Source: Vicinamibacterales bacterium
Lineage (GTDB): Bacteria > Acidobacteriota > Vicinamibacteria > Vicinamibacterales > JAMQPK01
Assembly: GCA_963784045.1 (NCBI GenBank)
Contig: CAWAPZ010000017.1
Span: forward strand, 67,816-131,815
Direction: 5' to 3'
Length of the DNA stretch: 64,000 bases
In this document: positions 38,087-47,510 of the stretch, in pieces
Position numbering within the stretch: the first letter of the stretch is position 1
Layout: every line of letters begins with the position of its first letter
Position numbers and translations under genes: made by a program
The notes under the pieces: generated by a model
Seen by the model: the letters and a program-made list of their open reading frames with translations, nothing else
Database searches by the model: none
What the model was told of the DNA's origin: nothing

Positions 38087-39820
38087 TTAATACTGTCGCA
38101 ACTCCGTTCCCCAATTTCTCACGACCCTCAACTCGCGCGGCTGCAGCACGCTTTTCAGCATGACAAAGAACCGTCCGTGCTGATCCGCGTCGTAGGACGC
38201 GAGATTCGCACCAGAATCGCGTTCGAAGTGCCCTTCGAACAGCACCCGCGGTTCTCCCAGGGTGCGATCCCGACGCGCGCGCAGCACAAGATTCTCGCCC
38301 TGCCGATACAGCAGTCCTTCCTGAGTCCAGACGGGCTCGGTCGCCCCGCCGCGTGTCAATTGCATCGCTTCGCCCGCGCGATCGAGCGGCGCCACATATA
38401 CTTCATCGCGGCCTGACCCGTCGGAAACGTAGGAGATCCACCGACCGTCCGCAGAAACGGCCGGCGAGCGCTCGTTTGCAGCTGTTGCCGCTACTGGCGC
38501 TATCGATTCTCCGGTGCGGTACACCAGTACGTCGCGCCCGCGGGCCGGCTCGATCTCGTAGAGGCCCAACACACGCGGCGGCCGCGACCAGCTTGCAGGG
38601 TTACGCGCGGCAGTTGCATTCGCCGTGAACAGCGGCGCTGGAGGCCTTTTTCCATCCACTGATACAACGTAGATTTTCTGAAGTCCATCGCGATTCGAGC
38701 CGAAGGTCAGGCGACGGTTGTCCATCCACGCAGGCGACTGGTTGTCGCCGCCCTGAATCGTCGAGATGATGCGATCGGGCCGCGCCGCATCCAGCACACG
38801 AATTTCACGCGTCATAATCCCCGACCGGACCACGACCGCGAGTCGCCGGCCGTCGGGAGACAGGCGCGGAGTCTGCAGAACGTCCTGGAGCGCCGACAGC
38901 GGCGAAACCTTTCCGTCTCGCTCGACGCGCACGAGCCGGTTGCCTGCATCCTGTGCGCCGGCGCGCAGCCACACGAGCGTGCCTGTTCGCGAGACCGAGA
39001 ACCCCGATCGGCCCAGCGCACCGAATCCGCCGAACGTCTGCATGCCCTTCGCCACCACCATCGGTACCCCATCGATGGCGCGTTCCTCGGCGTTAAACCT
39101 GACAGCCATCAGATTGCCGAGGAAGCTGTAAACGAGGTGGCCGGTTTGCACGTACTGAGCGTGTCCAACGATGGGCACGCGCAGTCGCGTCCGCTGCTTT
39201 TCGGGGGTGAGCACTTCGATATGCGCATCTCTCCCGCGCTCCGATACCGTAAACAGAGTCGAGCCATCGGAAAGCGCATGAGGCCACCCGTGCTCGAGCT
39301 CGCCGTCGGCGCCATTCACCTCGGTCAGAGCTGTGGCGCCGCCACCTGCTGCCGGCACTGCCATCAATCCGGACGTTCCGAGCGGCGCAAACACGATGCG
39401 ATCGTCCGCGGTCCAGGTACCACCGGCGGACTCGACGGGCGCGTCCGCGACGCGCACGGGCTCACGGTCCTCTGTCACGGCCACGCGCCAAATCGCGCCA
39501 CGCGAGAAGTAGGCCAACGACGAGCCGTCGGGCGAGAAAAACGGCCAGCTTGCGCCTATCGTGCCAGGCAGCTCTCGCTCGGTCGCGGGGTCACTCGTCT
39601 CGACGACGTAGATGCGCCGCCGGCCGTCTGCGACGCCTTCTGCCGAATATGCGATCCGGGCGCCATCGGCCGACGCCGCAAACGAGCTCAACACGCGATC
39701 CTCCGGAACGGGCACAGTGACACGAATCGCGGGCAGTGGCGGCGGAGATGGCTCGCACGCCGCGAGCACACCGAGCGACAACGCGAGAGCACAATGCCAC
39801 CGGGTTATGATGGGCGCCAC
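38087..39820 (-). CDS. PD40/TolB-like beta-propeller repeat lipoprotein
   Basis: GTG 39820 gives VAPIITRWHCALALSLGVLAAC (lipobox). Repeated ...SPDG..LA/SADG..I.Y motifs. The upstream part of track ORF 38087..40114 is antisense to the aminopeptidase gene. Confidence 0.65.
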   Translation of the reverse strand: MAPIITRWHCALALSLGVLAACEPSPPPLPAIRVTVPVPEDRVLSSFAASADGARIAYSAEGVADGRRRIYVVETSDPATERELPGTIGASWPFFSPDGSSLAYFSRGAIWRVAVTEDREPVRVADAPVESAGGTWTADDRIVFAPLGTSGLMAVPAAGGGATALTEVNGADGELEHGWPHALSDGSTLFTVSERGRDAHIEVLTPEKQRTRLRVPIVGHAQYVQTGHLVYSFLGNLMAVRFNAEERAIDGVPMVVAKGMQTFGGFGALGRSGFSVSRTGTLVWLRAGAQDAGNRLVRVERDGKVSPLSALQDVLQTPRLSPDGRRLAVVVRSGIMTREIRVLDAARPDRIISTIQGGDNQSPAWMDNRRLTFGSNRDGLQKIYVVSVDGKRPPAPLFTANATAARNPASWSRPPRVLGLYEIEPARGRDVLVYRTGESIAPVAATAANERSPAVSADGRWISYVSDGSGRDEVYVAPLDRAGEAMQLTRGGATEPVWTQEGLLYRQGENLVLRARRDRTLGEPRVLFEGHFERDSGANLASYDADQHGRFFVMLKSVLQPRELRVVRNWGTELRQY

Positions 39821-39826
39821 GGACTC

Positions 39827-42418
39827 ATGTCGCGCAAATGGTTTGTCGTGGCGGTGGTGGCATTCTGCGTTCCCGCCGCGTGGTGGCTCGCTCAGCGTAT
39901 GGGTTCTCGAATTGTAACCGTGACGCCGCCGACCGAAGGAATTTCCCGCACCCTGGCGTCCGAGCGGGCGGCCAACATCAGCTCGGTCAGATACGCGTTG
40001 ACACTGCGGATTCCATCGCAGAGGAATGAGCTCGTTCGCGGCACAGCGACAATGCGTCTCGTGCTTGCCGACCGCAGTCCATTGATACTGGACTTTTCGC
40101 AGCCCGCAGACCACGTGTCATCGATCGCCGCCAACGGTCAGCCAATCGCCGTCCGTTCGGAGCACGGCCACCTGGTGATTCCTGCAGAGGCCCTCATCCG
40201 CGGCGAGAACACGGTCGACATTGCATTCACCGCGGGCGACCAGGCGCTGAACCGTAACGACGAGTTCCTGTACTCACTGTTCGTGCCCGCGCGGGCGTCA
40301 CAGGCGTTCCCATGTTTCGATCAGCCTGACATCAAGGGCTCCTTGACGCTCACGCTCGAGATTCCCGCCGCCTGGGCAGCCGTCTCGAACGCGCCCGAAA
40401 TCGGCCACGACATCTCCGGCGATCGCGCGACGGTGCGCTTCGGAGAAACGGCGGCCCTTCCGACCTACCTGTTCGGGTTCGCCGCCGGACAATTCTCGGT
40501 CGAGCGCGGCGAACGAAACGGCCGAGCCTACCGAATGTATCACCGCGAAACCGACGCGGAAAAGGTGGCCGCGAACCGCGAGACGATTTTCGATCTGCAT
40601 CACCAGGCCGTCGAGTGGCTCGAAACCTATACGGACCGCAAGCTTCCCTTTCCGAAACTCGACTTCGTGCTGCTGCCGGCGTTTCAGTTCGGCGGCATGG
40701 AGCACGCGGGGGCGATCTTCTATAACGCGCCGTTTCTGTTCCTCGACAAGACCGCGACCCAGAACCAGCACCTCTCGCGGGCGAGCCTGATCGCGCACGA
40801 GACAGCGCACATGTGGTTCGGGGACCTCGTCACGATGAAATGGTTCGACGACGTATGGCTGAAGGAAGTGTTCGCCAATTTCATGGCGGCGAAGATCGTC
40901 AACCCGACGTTTCCGGACATCGACCACGAGCTCCGCTTCTTCCTGCAGCACTATCCTCCCGCCTACGACGTCGACCGCACGGCGGGCGCCAACCCGATTC
41001 GTCAAAGGCTCGACAACCTCAAGGACGCGGGCAGCCTCTACGGGCCAATCATCTATCAGAAGGCGCCGATCGTCATGCGGCAGCTCGAGCAGATTCTCGG
41101 CCCTGACGAACTGCGCGACGGGCTGCGAGAGTATCTCGCGCGCTTCGCGTTCTCGAACGCCACGTGGGCCGATCTCATCGGCATACTCGATCGGCGTACG
41201 GAAGAAGACCTCGCCGCATGGAGCCGGGTTTGGGTCGACGAGCCGGGCCGGCCAACTATAGCGACGCGCCTCGAAACTGCGAACGGCAAGGTGTCGCGGC
41301 TCGAGTTTATTCAGTCAGATCCGCGCGGCCGCTCGCTCCGCTGGGTCCAGCAGTTGAATGTCGCACTGGGTTATGAAAACGGCGCGCGGATTACTTCCCT
41401 GAAAATCGACGGTCCCTCCGCGGAAGTACCGCGCGTCCGGGATCTGCCGCTGCCCCACTACGTTCTCGCGAACGGAGACGGAACCGGCTACGGGCTGTTC
41501 GCGCTCGACGACAGGAGCCGGCAATATTTCCTTGGCCATTTGCATGAAATCGGAGACGGGCTGACGCGCGGCATCGCTTGGGTGACCCTGTGGGACGACA
41601 TGCTCGAAGGCCATACCGAGCCGGCGCGGCTTCTGGATGTGGCGCTGCGTGCACTGCCGGAAGAGCGCGACGAACTGAACGTGGAGCGCATGCTGGCGAA
41701 CACGAACGATGCGTTCTGGCGCTACCTCAGCGACGCCGAACGCGCGGCAATCGCGTCCCGCCTCGAACAGACATTGCGGGCCGGCATCATGAAAGCGCCA
41801 ACAACATCGCTGAAGTCGGCGTACTTTTCTGCGTTCCGCCGGACCGTGACCACCGATGCCGGCGTCGGCTTCCTCGAGCGGGTGTGGCGCCAGCAGGAAC
41901 CGATCGCGGGGCTCACGTTTGCGGAAAACGACTTCATCGATATGGCGCAGGAACTGGCGCTCCGTCACGTGACTGCCACACACGCGATCCTGACCGCGCA
42001 ACACGGCCGTATCGTCAATCCAGATCGAAAAGCGCGCTTTACGTTCGTCATGCCGGCCTTGTCGCCGGATGCTGCGACGCGCGACGCTTTTTTTAGCGGC
42101 CTCGCGCGCGTCGAGAACCGCGAGCACGAGCGGTGGGTGTCGGATAGCTTGAGATTTTTGAATCACCCTCTCCGCCGCCGCCATGCCGAGCAGTACGTGC
42201 TGCCAACCCTGGAGCTGCTGCGTGAGATCCAGCGGACCGGCGATATTTTCTTTCCGCTCGATTGGACGGGTGCGGTTCTGTCCGGCCACAACTCCCGCGC
42301 TGCCGCAGACACCGTGGCTGCCTTTCTAGGCGCGCAAAAGGACTATCCGCCGCGCCTGCGCCAGGTCATAGAACAGAATGCCGACCAACTGACCCGAGCG
42401 GCGCGAATTGTGAAATAG
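39827..42418 (+). CDS. M1-family zinc aminopeptidase (aminopeptidase N-like)
   Basis: Start set to MSRKWFVVAVVAFCV. GGMEH(A) exopeptidase motif and HETAHMWFGDLVTMKWFDDVWLKE (HExxH-18-E). Confidence 0.85.
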   Translation: MSRKWFVVAVVAFCVPAAWWLAQRMGSRIVTVTPPTEGISRTLASERAANISSVRYALTLRIPSQRNELVRGTATMRLVLADRSPLILDFSQPADHVSSIAANGQPIAVRSEHGHLVIPAEALIRGENTVDIAFTAGDQALNRNDEFLYSLFVPARASQAFPCFDQPDIKGSLTLTLEIPAAWAAVSNAPEIGHDISGDRATVRFGETAALPTYLFGFAAGQFSVERGERNGRAYRMYHRETDAEKVAANRETIFDLHHQAVEWLETYTDRKLPFPKLDFVLLPAFQFGGMEHAGAIFYNAPFLFLDKTATQNQHLSRASLIAHETAHMWFGDLVTMKWFDDVWLKEVFANFMAAKIVNPTFPDIDHELRFFLQHYPPAYDVDRTAGANPIRQRLDNLKDAGSLYGPIIYQKAPIVMRQLEQILGPDELRDGLREYLARFAFSNATWADLIGILDRRTEEDLAAWSRVWVDEPGRPTIATRLETANGKVSRLEFIQSDPRGRSLRWVQQLNVALGYENGARITSLKIDGPSAEVPRVRDLPLPHYVLANGDGTGYGLFALDDRSRQYFLGHLHEIGDGLTRGIAWVTLWDDMLEGHTEPARLLDVALRALPEERDELNVERMLANTNDAFWRYLSDAERAAIASRLEQTLRAGIMKAPTTSLKSAYFSAFRRTVTTDAGVGFLERVWRQQEPIAGLTFAENDFIDMAQELALRHVTATHAILTAQHGRIVNPDRKARFTFVMPALSPDAATRDAFFSGLARVENREHERWVSDSLRFLNHPLRRRHAEQYVLPTLELLREIQRTGDIFFPLDWTGAVLSGHNSRAAADTVAAFLGAQKDYPPRLRQVIEQNADQLTRAARIVK

Positions 42419-42429
42419 CGATACGTCCT

Positions 42430-42475
42430 TACACGAAGACACGATGACATACAACGCGATGCACGGAGATACGGG
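42430..42475 (+). repeat. Degenerating CACGAAGA-type 8-nt periodic array between convergent genes
   Basis: TA CACGAAGA CACGATGA CATACAAC GCGATGCA CGGAGATA CGGG. Confidence 0.5.
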
Positions 42476-42518
42476 CGCCACGTCGAGGTGACGCCGACGG
42501 CGTCCCGCAAGATCGTGG

Positions 42519-44837
42519 TCACAGAATCGAGACCGGATCTACATCGACCGAAACTCGGCGGCGCAAATCGGGCTCTGCGGCAAGCGCTGCAAGCACGGCC
42601 TGGCGCATATGCGCCCGATGGCTGCCTTTCAAAAAGATCTGCGCCCGATACTCACCGCGCAACTTCGACACGGGGGCCGGCGCAGGCCCGAGCACATCGA
42701 ATCGTCCGGCGCTCGCGTTGCTGCGTAGATGCTGCGCGAGCGTGGTCGCATCGGCGAGGGCGGCACGCGCATCGGAGCCCCTGATGACGATGTTCACCAT
42801 CGCGGTCAGCGGCGGATACCGCATGGCCTGGCGATATCCCAGCTCCTTTGCGAAAAACGCGCTGTAGTCCTGCCGGCAGGCGTGTTCGATGCTGTAGTGA
42901 TGCGGGTAGATCGTCTGAACAATCGCTTCGCCCCGCTCTGTCCCGCGCCCCGCGCGGCCTGCCACCTGCGTCAGAAGTTGGAATGTGCGCTCCGCGGCTC
43001 GGAAATCGGCAAGCCCAAGGCCGACATCGGCCGACACGACACCGACGAGCGTGACGCGGGGAAAGTCGTGCCCCTTGGCGATCATCTGCGTCCCGACGAG
43101 CACGTCGATCGCCCCGGCGGCCATCGAACGGAGAATGTCGGCGGCGGCGCCTTTGCGGCGGACCGTATCGCGGTCGAGCCGTGCCACCTTTGCTAACGGC
43201 CACTCCGTCTCAATCACTCCCGCGACCTTCTCGGTCCCAAAGCCGCGGCGCTCGAGGTACGGCCCCTTGCACGCCGGGCAGGCCTTGGGCACCAGCATCC
43301 CGTAGTTGCAGTAGTGGCATCGGGCTCGATGGCGATCGCGCCCGTCCGCCTCGGCGCGGCTAGACGCGCTACGGCGAGACTCGCCGTCGCCGTGCCCGTC
43401 GACAAGGCGCACGGCATCCCGAGGGTGAGTCGAGGGATGGCGAACGCGGTCAGAATGCACGATGAGCGAGACGCTGCAGTTCGGGCACTCAATCGTGCCG
43501 CCGCACTGCCGGCAAAATACCGCCGTCGCCAGGCCGCGGCGGTTCAAGAGAATCAGCGACTGCTGCCCCCCCTCCAACCGCTTCGAAATGGCATTCTTCA
43601 ATGCACCGCTGAGAATGACATCGGGCCCATGCTCCGCGTATTCCTGGCGCATGTCGACGATGGAAACGGACGCGAGCGGCCGATCCTGCACCCGGCGCTC
43701 CATGATCAGGCGTGTGTACCGCGCGCTAGAGGCGTTGTGGCTGCTTTCGAGCGACGGCGTGGCCGAACCCAATACGACAAGCGCGCCCGCGTTTCGGCCT
43801 CGAACCACCGCCACGTCACGCCCGTGGTAGCGCGGAGTTTCCTCCTGCTTGAACGAGCTATCGTGCTCTTCGTCGACGATGATCAGCCCAAGCTGGTGCA
43901 GAGGCGCAAACACAGCCGAGCGCGTGCCGACTACGACCGACACGTCGCCGCGCCGGATGCGAAACCACTGATCTGAGCGCTCACCGTCGGACAGTCCGCT
44001 ATGCTGCACCGCAACCCGATCGCCAAACGCCTCGCGAAACGCCCCGGCAACAGCGGGCGTGAGGGCGATCTCGGGGACGAGCACGAGCACCGATCTGCCG
44101 TTGCGCAACACGCGATCGGCGAGTCGAAGATACACCTCTGTCTTGCCGGAGCCAGTGACTCCCTGCAGCAGAAATACCGAGAATCCACCGGTCGACGCCG
44201 CCGCCCCAAGCGCATCGAGCGCTCGTGCCTGCTCCTCGGTCAAAACTCGATCGTCCGAAACCGCCGCCATCGAAATGGTCGCGCCGCTCGTAAACGGATC
44301 GCGCTCAATACGCTGATGATGGAATGCGATTAATCCTTTCGCCGCCAGCCGGTGCAACACCTCGGTAGAGATGCCCCTGACATTCAGATCAGGAACTGGC
44401 ATTCCGCCAGGCGAGCCGCGCAGCAATTCGACGGCGTCCTTCTGGCGGCCCTTCGTGGCGATGTTCTGGTCATGACCTTGCGCGGTGAGTACGGCGATGC
44501 GGATCGTCTTGTGCGCCTGGGTCGACGGCACGGCCGCGGCAAGAGCATCGCCGGCGCCGCACGCGTAATACTCTGCGACCCACAGTGCAAGATCCACCAC
44601 GTCGCCGGGCAAGAACGCCTCGTCATCGAGTATGTCGAGGATGCTTTTGATTTTATCGGGCGGCGTCTGTCCCGTTTCGAGGCTGCCATTTGGATCAACG
44701 ACGATACCGGTGACACTTCGATTGCCGAGCGGCACCACGACGCGCGCCCCGCGCGCAGGGAGTGGGACGCCGTCGGGCGTCCGATACGTCAGAATGTCGA
44801 GAAAAGGAACGGGAACCGCGACAGAAACCAACCGCAC
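42519..44837 (-). CDS. priA: Primosomal replication-restart helicase PriA (protein N')
   Basis: Walker A GVTGSGKTEVY, DEEH box, and a Cys-rich zinc region CRQCGGTIECPNC...CHYCN...CPACKG carrying an extra loop of about 40 aa. Confidence 0.9.
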   Translation of the reverse strand: MRLVSVAVPVPFLDILTYRTPDGVPLPARGARVVVPLGNRSVTGIVVDPNGSLETGQTPPDKIKSILDILDDEAFLPGDVVDLALWVAEYYACGAGDALAAAVPSTQAHKTIRIAVLTAQGHDQNIATKGRQKDAVELLRGSPGGMPVPDLNVRGISTEVLHRLAAKGLIAFHHQRIERDPFTSGATISMAAVSDDRVLTEEQARALDALGAAASTGGFSVFLLQGVTGSGKTEVYLRLADRVLRNGRSVLVLVPEIALTPAVAGAFREAFGDRVAVQHSGLSDGERSDQWFRIRRGDVSVVVGTRSAVFAPLHQLGLIIVDEEHDSSFKQEETPRYHGRDVAVVRGRNAGALVVLGSATPSLESSHNASSARYTRLIMERRVQDRPLASVSIVDMRQEYAEHGPDVILSGALKNAISKRLEGGQQSLILLNRRGLATAVFCRQCGGTIECPNCSVSLIVHSDRVRHPSTHPRDAVRLVDGHGDGESRRSASSRAEADGRDRHRARCHYCNYGMLVPKACPACKGPYLERRGFGTEKVAGVIETEWPLAKVARLDRDTVRRKGAAADILRSMAAGAIDVLVGTQMIAKGHDFPRVTLVGVVSADVGLGLADFRAAERTFQLLTQVAGRAGRGTERGEAIVQTIYPHHYSIEHACRQDYSAFFAKELGYRQAMRYPPLTAMVNIVIRGSDARAALADATTLAQHLRSNASAGRFDVLGPAPAPVSKLRGEYRAQIFLKGSHRAHMRQAVLAALAAEPDLRRRVSVDVDPVSIL

Positions 44838-44841
44838 CGGA

Positions 44842-45630
44842 TCAGGCCACGTCTTCGCCGTTGAGAAGTGCCCGCACCTTCTTCATGTCCTCCCACACTT
44901 CGCGCCGGCAGCTTGGATTGCGCAGGAGAAATGCGGGATGAAAAGTGGGCACGAGCTTCGCGTTGCGATAGTCGTACACACGGCCACGCAAACGCGAGAT
45001 GGAGTCGGTCGATTTCAGCAGCGACTTCGCCGCGAAGGTCCCAAGCGCCACGATCACTTTTGGCTTGATGGTGTCGATCTGGCGGAACAGGAACGGCTCG
45101 CACTGCTCCACCTCGTCGGGCTCGGGATTGCGGTTTTCCGGCGGACGGCACTTGATGACATTCGCGATGTATACGTCGTCGCGCGTCAAACCGATCGCTT
45201 CGATGATCTGCGTCAGCTTCTGACCAGCGCGTCCGACGAACGGGATGCCCTGAATATCTTCGTCGCGGCCCGGTGCCTCGCCCACGAACATGAGATCGGC
45301 GTTCGGATTGCCGACGCCGAACACGATCTGCTTACGCCCCAGCCGGCACAGCTTGCACCGCACACAGTCGCCGATGTCCTCGCGGATCGCGGCGAGCTGA
45401 GCGGCGGTGTCGGCCGTCGGGCCGACCTGAAGGTCGGCACTACGAGTGTCGGGCGCCGGCGTCGTTAAGCTGGCCGCATCTGTCGTAGTGCTGCCCTTCA
45501 GGTCAGCCATCTTCAGGTCAGTCCCACCGTCGGCTCGCGCAGACCACACGGGATCCTTCCGGAATCCCGCCACGCCAAGCTCACCGAAGAACTTGAGGTG
45601 TTCTGCTAACTGCTCGCGATGATCCGGCAT
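44842..45630 (-). CDS. Family-4 uracil-DNA glycosylase; its N-terminal linker contains REP-like hairpins
   Basis: CVRCKLC...[23 protein letters not shown]...HPAFLLRNP. Linker: [39 protein letters not shown]. Confidence 0.85.
   Translation of the reverse strand: MPDHREQLAEHLKFFGELGVAGFRKDPVWSARADGGTDLKMADLKGSTTTDAASLTTPAPDTRSADLQVGPTADTAAQLAAIREDIGDCVRCKLCRLGRKQIVFGVGNPNADLMFVGEAPGRDEDIQGIPFVGRAGQKLTQIIEAIGLTRDDVYIANVIKCRPPENRNPEPDEVEQCEPFLFRQIDTIKPKVIVALGTFAAKSLLKSTDSISRLRGRVYDYRNAKLVPTFHPAFLLRNPSCRREVWEDMKKVRALLNGEDVA
45415..45521. repeat. REP-like palindromic hairpin plus inverted degenerate copies, inside the UDG coding sequence
   Basis: GCCGACC-TGAA-GGTCGGCACTACGA (45421..45445), the inverted degenerate copy CGTAGTGCTGCCCTTCAGGTCAGC (45484..45507), and the partial copy CTTCAGGTCAG (45511..45521). 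Confidence 0.8.
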
Positions 45631-46844
45631 TACGTTCGAACGGGAGGATGAGAATGTGAGAGCAGCGCCTCGACGCGCTGAATGACCTGCGCCGCAATAG
45701 CCGACTTCGGCTGCAGCGGAAGCGTGTCCTCGCTGTCAGCAGAGACCAGCGTCACTTCGTTGGTGTCGGCCTCGAACCCGGCGTCGGATCGCGAAACGTC
45801 ATTCGCCACCACGAGATCGACGCCCTTTTCGCGGCGCTTGCTTCGCGCACTCGCCACGACATCCATCGTCTCGGCGGCAAAGCCGACCAGCAAGGGTCTG
45901 TCGCCGCCGGCACGCTGCCTTCCGAGCTCGGCCAGAATATCTGGTGTTCGAACGAGCGATAGCGTAAGCGTGTCCGAGCTCTTATGGATCTTTTGCGCCG
46001 CCCTTTCAGCCGGAGCGTAATCGGCGACCGCCGCCGCCATTATCACGACGTCGCACTGCCGCGCGCGGGGGATCACTGCGTCGCGCATTTCGGCAGCGGT
46101 CGTCACCCGAATCAGCTCGACGCCGGCCGGAGGCTGCAGATCGGTTGGTCCACTAACGAGTACCACATTGGCGCCGCGGCTCCGCGCGGCGCCCGCGATC
46201 GCATACCCCATCTTTCCGCTCGATCGATTGCCGATAAATCTCACAGGGTCAATTGCCTCGTGGGTGGGCCCAGCCGTGACGATGACCGTCTTGCCGCGGA
46301 GCGGACCCGCAGGAGTCAACAACTGCTCCGCTGCGCGCACGATATCGGCAGGTTCTGCAAGCCGCCCCTTACCGATCCAACCGCATGCAAGATATCCCGC
46401 ACCAGGCTCGACGAAGAACGTCCCCCGTGCCGCCAGCACTTCGAGGTTCCGCTGGACAGCCGCGTGCTCCAGCATGTTGGTGTTCATCGCCGGCGCAACG
46501 AGCACGGGTGCCCTGGTCGCCAGGTACAACGACGTCAGGAAATCATCGGCGATGCCATTGGCGAATTTGCCGATCACGTTCGCCGTCGCCGGTGCCACAA
46601 TCAGCAGATCGATACTCGAGGCGAGAGCAATATGTTCGATGTCGGCGTTCGCGCCGGGCTCGAATTGGCTCTTCAGCACCCTGTGGCGGGTAATCGCCTC
46701 GAAAGTGAGTTCGCCGACAAAGCGCCGGGCCGATCGGGTCATGACGGCGACGACGTCATGTCCCATTTTCTGCAAGCCTCGGACGACTTCGACCGACTTG
46801 TAGGCTCCGATTCCGCCGCACACGCCGACAGCGATCATCGCCAT
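45630..46844 (-). CDS. coaBC: Bifunctional phosphopantothenoylcysteine decarboxylase / phosphopantothenate-cysteine ligase
   Basis: 404 aa. N-terminal flavoprotein domain (GVCGGIGAYKS...PAMN) and C-terminal CoaB domain (VTAGPT.E.IDPVRFI.N.SSGKMG). Confidence 0.9.
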   Translation of the reverse strand: MAMIAVGVCGGIGAYKSVEVVRGLQKMGHDVVAVMTRSARRFVGELTFEAITRHRVLKSQFEPGANADIEHIALASSIDLLIVAPATANVIGKFANGIADDFLTSLYLATRAPVLVAPAMNTNMLEHAAVQRNLEVLAARGTFFVEPGAGYLACGWIGKGRLAEPADIVRAAEQLLTPAGPLRGKTVIVTAGPTHEAIDPVRFIGNRSSGKMGYAIAGAARSRGANVVLVSGPTDLQPPAGVELIRVTTAAEMRDAVIPRARQCDVVIMAAAVADYAPAERAAQKIHKSSDTLTLSLVRTPDILAELGRQRAGGDRPLLVGFAAETMDVVASARSKRREKGVDLVVANDVSRSDAGFEADTNEVTLVSADSEDTLPLQPKSAIAAQVIQRVEALLSHSHPPVRT

Positions 46845-46858
46845 GGGATGCCTTTCGC

Positions 46859-46893
46859 GGTCTGACCCCCATGAGCGTTGCGCGGGTCAGACC
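46859..46893. other. 9-bp-stem hairpin spanning the gmk stop codon
   Basis: GGTCTGACC-N17-GGTCAGACC lies between gmk and coaBC. Confidence 0.35.
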
Positions 46894-47500
46894 CCATTTA
46901 CGTTAAAGCTCCGTAGAATTTTCAGCGCCTCTGGCCGCATACACTGGAGCTTGGCCCGCTCCGCCAGCACGATCGATCTGATGCGTTCGACGCAAGACTC
47001 GAGCTGGTCGTTGATCACGACGTAATCGGTACTCGTCGAAGGCCGACACCTCGTCGCGCGCGACTTCGAGCCGCTTGCGGATGGCCTCATCACTGTCCTT
47101 GCTGCGCCCGCGAAGCCGCTTCTCCAGCGCTTCGTACCGATGGCGGCAGCACGAACACGGCCACGTGCGGCAACCCGGTGGCGCGAACCTTTCGTGCACC
47201 CTGCACGTCGATGACCAGCACCACATCGTCACCACTCTCGAGACAACGCGCCGTGTCTGCCGCGAGCGTGCCGTACAGGTTGCCGAACACGTCGGCGTGC
47301 TCGAGAAACTCGCCGTTCGTGATCATGCGCTCGAACACAGTGCGGCTGACAAAATTATAGTCCACGCCATCCGCCTCATCGCCGCGCGGCGCGCGCGATG
47401 TGTAGGAGCGCGAGAGTTTCAGCCGCCCGGTCACCCTGACGAGCCGCTCGACGACTGTTGTTTTACCCGTGCCCGATGGCGCCGACACAATGAACAGCAA
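46887..47500 (-). pseudogene. gmk: Guanylate kinase split over three frames by two single-base insertions (assembly indels or pseudogene)
   Basis: Frame a: (TTG)LFIVSAPSGTGKTT...VAVFVLPPS. Frame b: YEALEKRLRGRSKDSDEAIRKRLEVARDEVSAFDEY. Frame c: DYVVINDQLESCVERIRSIVLAERAKL. Removing one base at about 47137/8 (tcg-G-tac) and one at about 47028/9 (tac-C-gat) restores a colinear Gmk. Confidence 0.8.
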
Positions 47501-47510
47501 CGTTCACGCC

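Noticed and set aside
39137-39826. N-terminal 230 aa of the 1093-aa plus-strand ORF 39137..42418
   Set aside because: This part is antisense to the PD40 lipoprotein gene and has no similarity to M1 peptidases. The aminopeptidase most plausibly starts at ATG 39827, which gives a hydrophobic N-terminus.
46845-46886. Search for a hidden rpoZ between gmk and coaBC
   Set aside because: The gap is 42 nt, and all minus-strand frames through 46845..47040 translate only to the Gmk C-terminus. No omega-like ORF is present.
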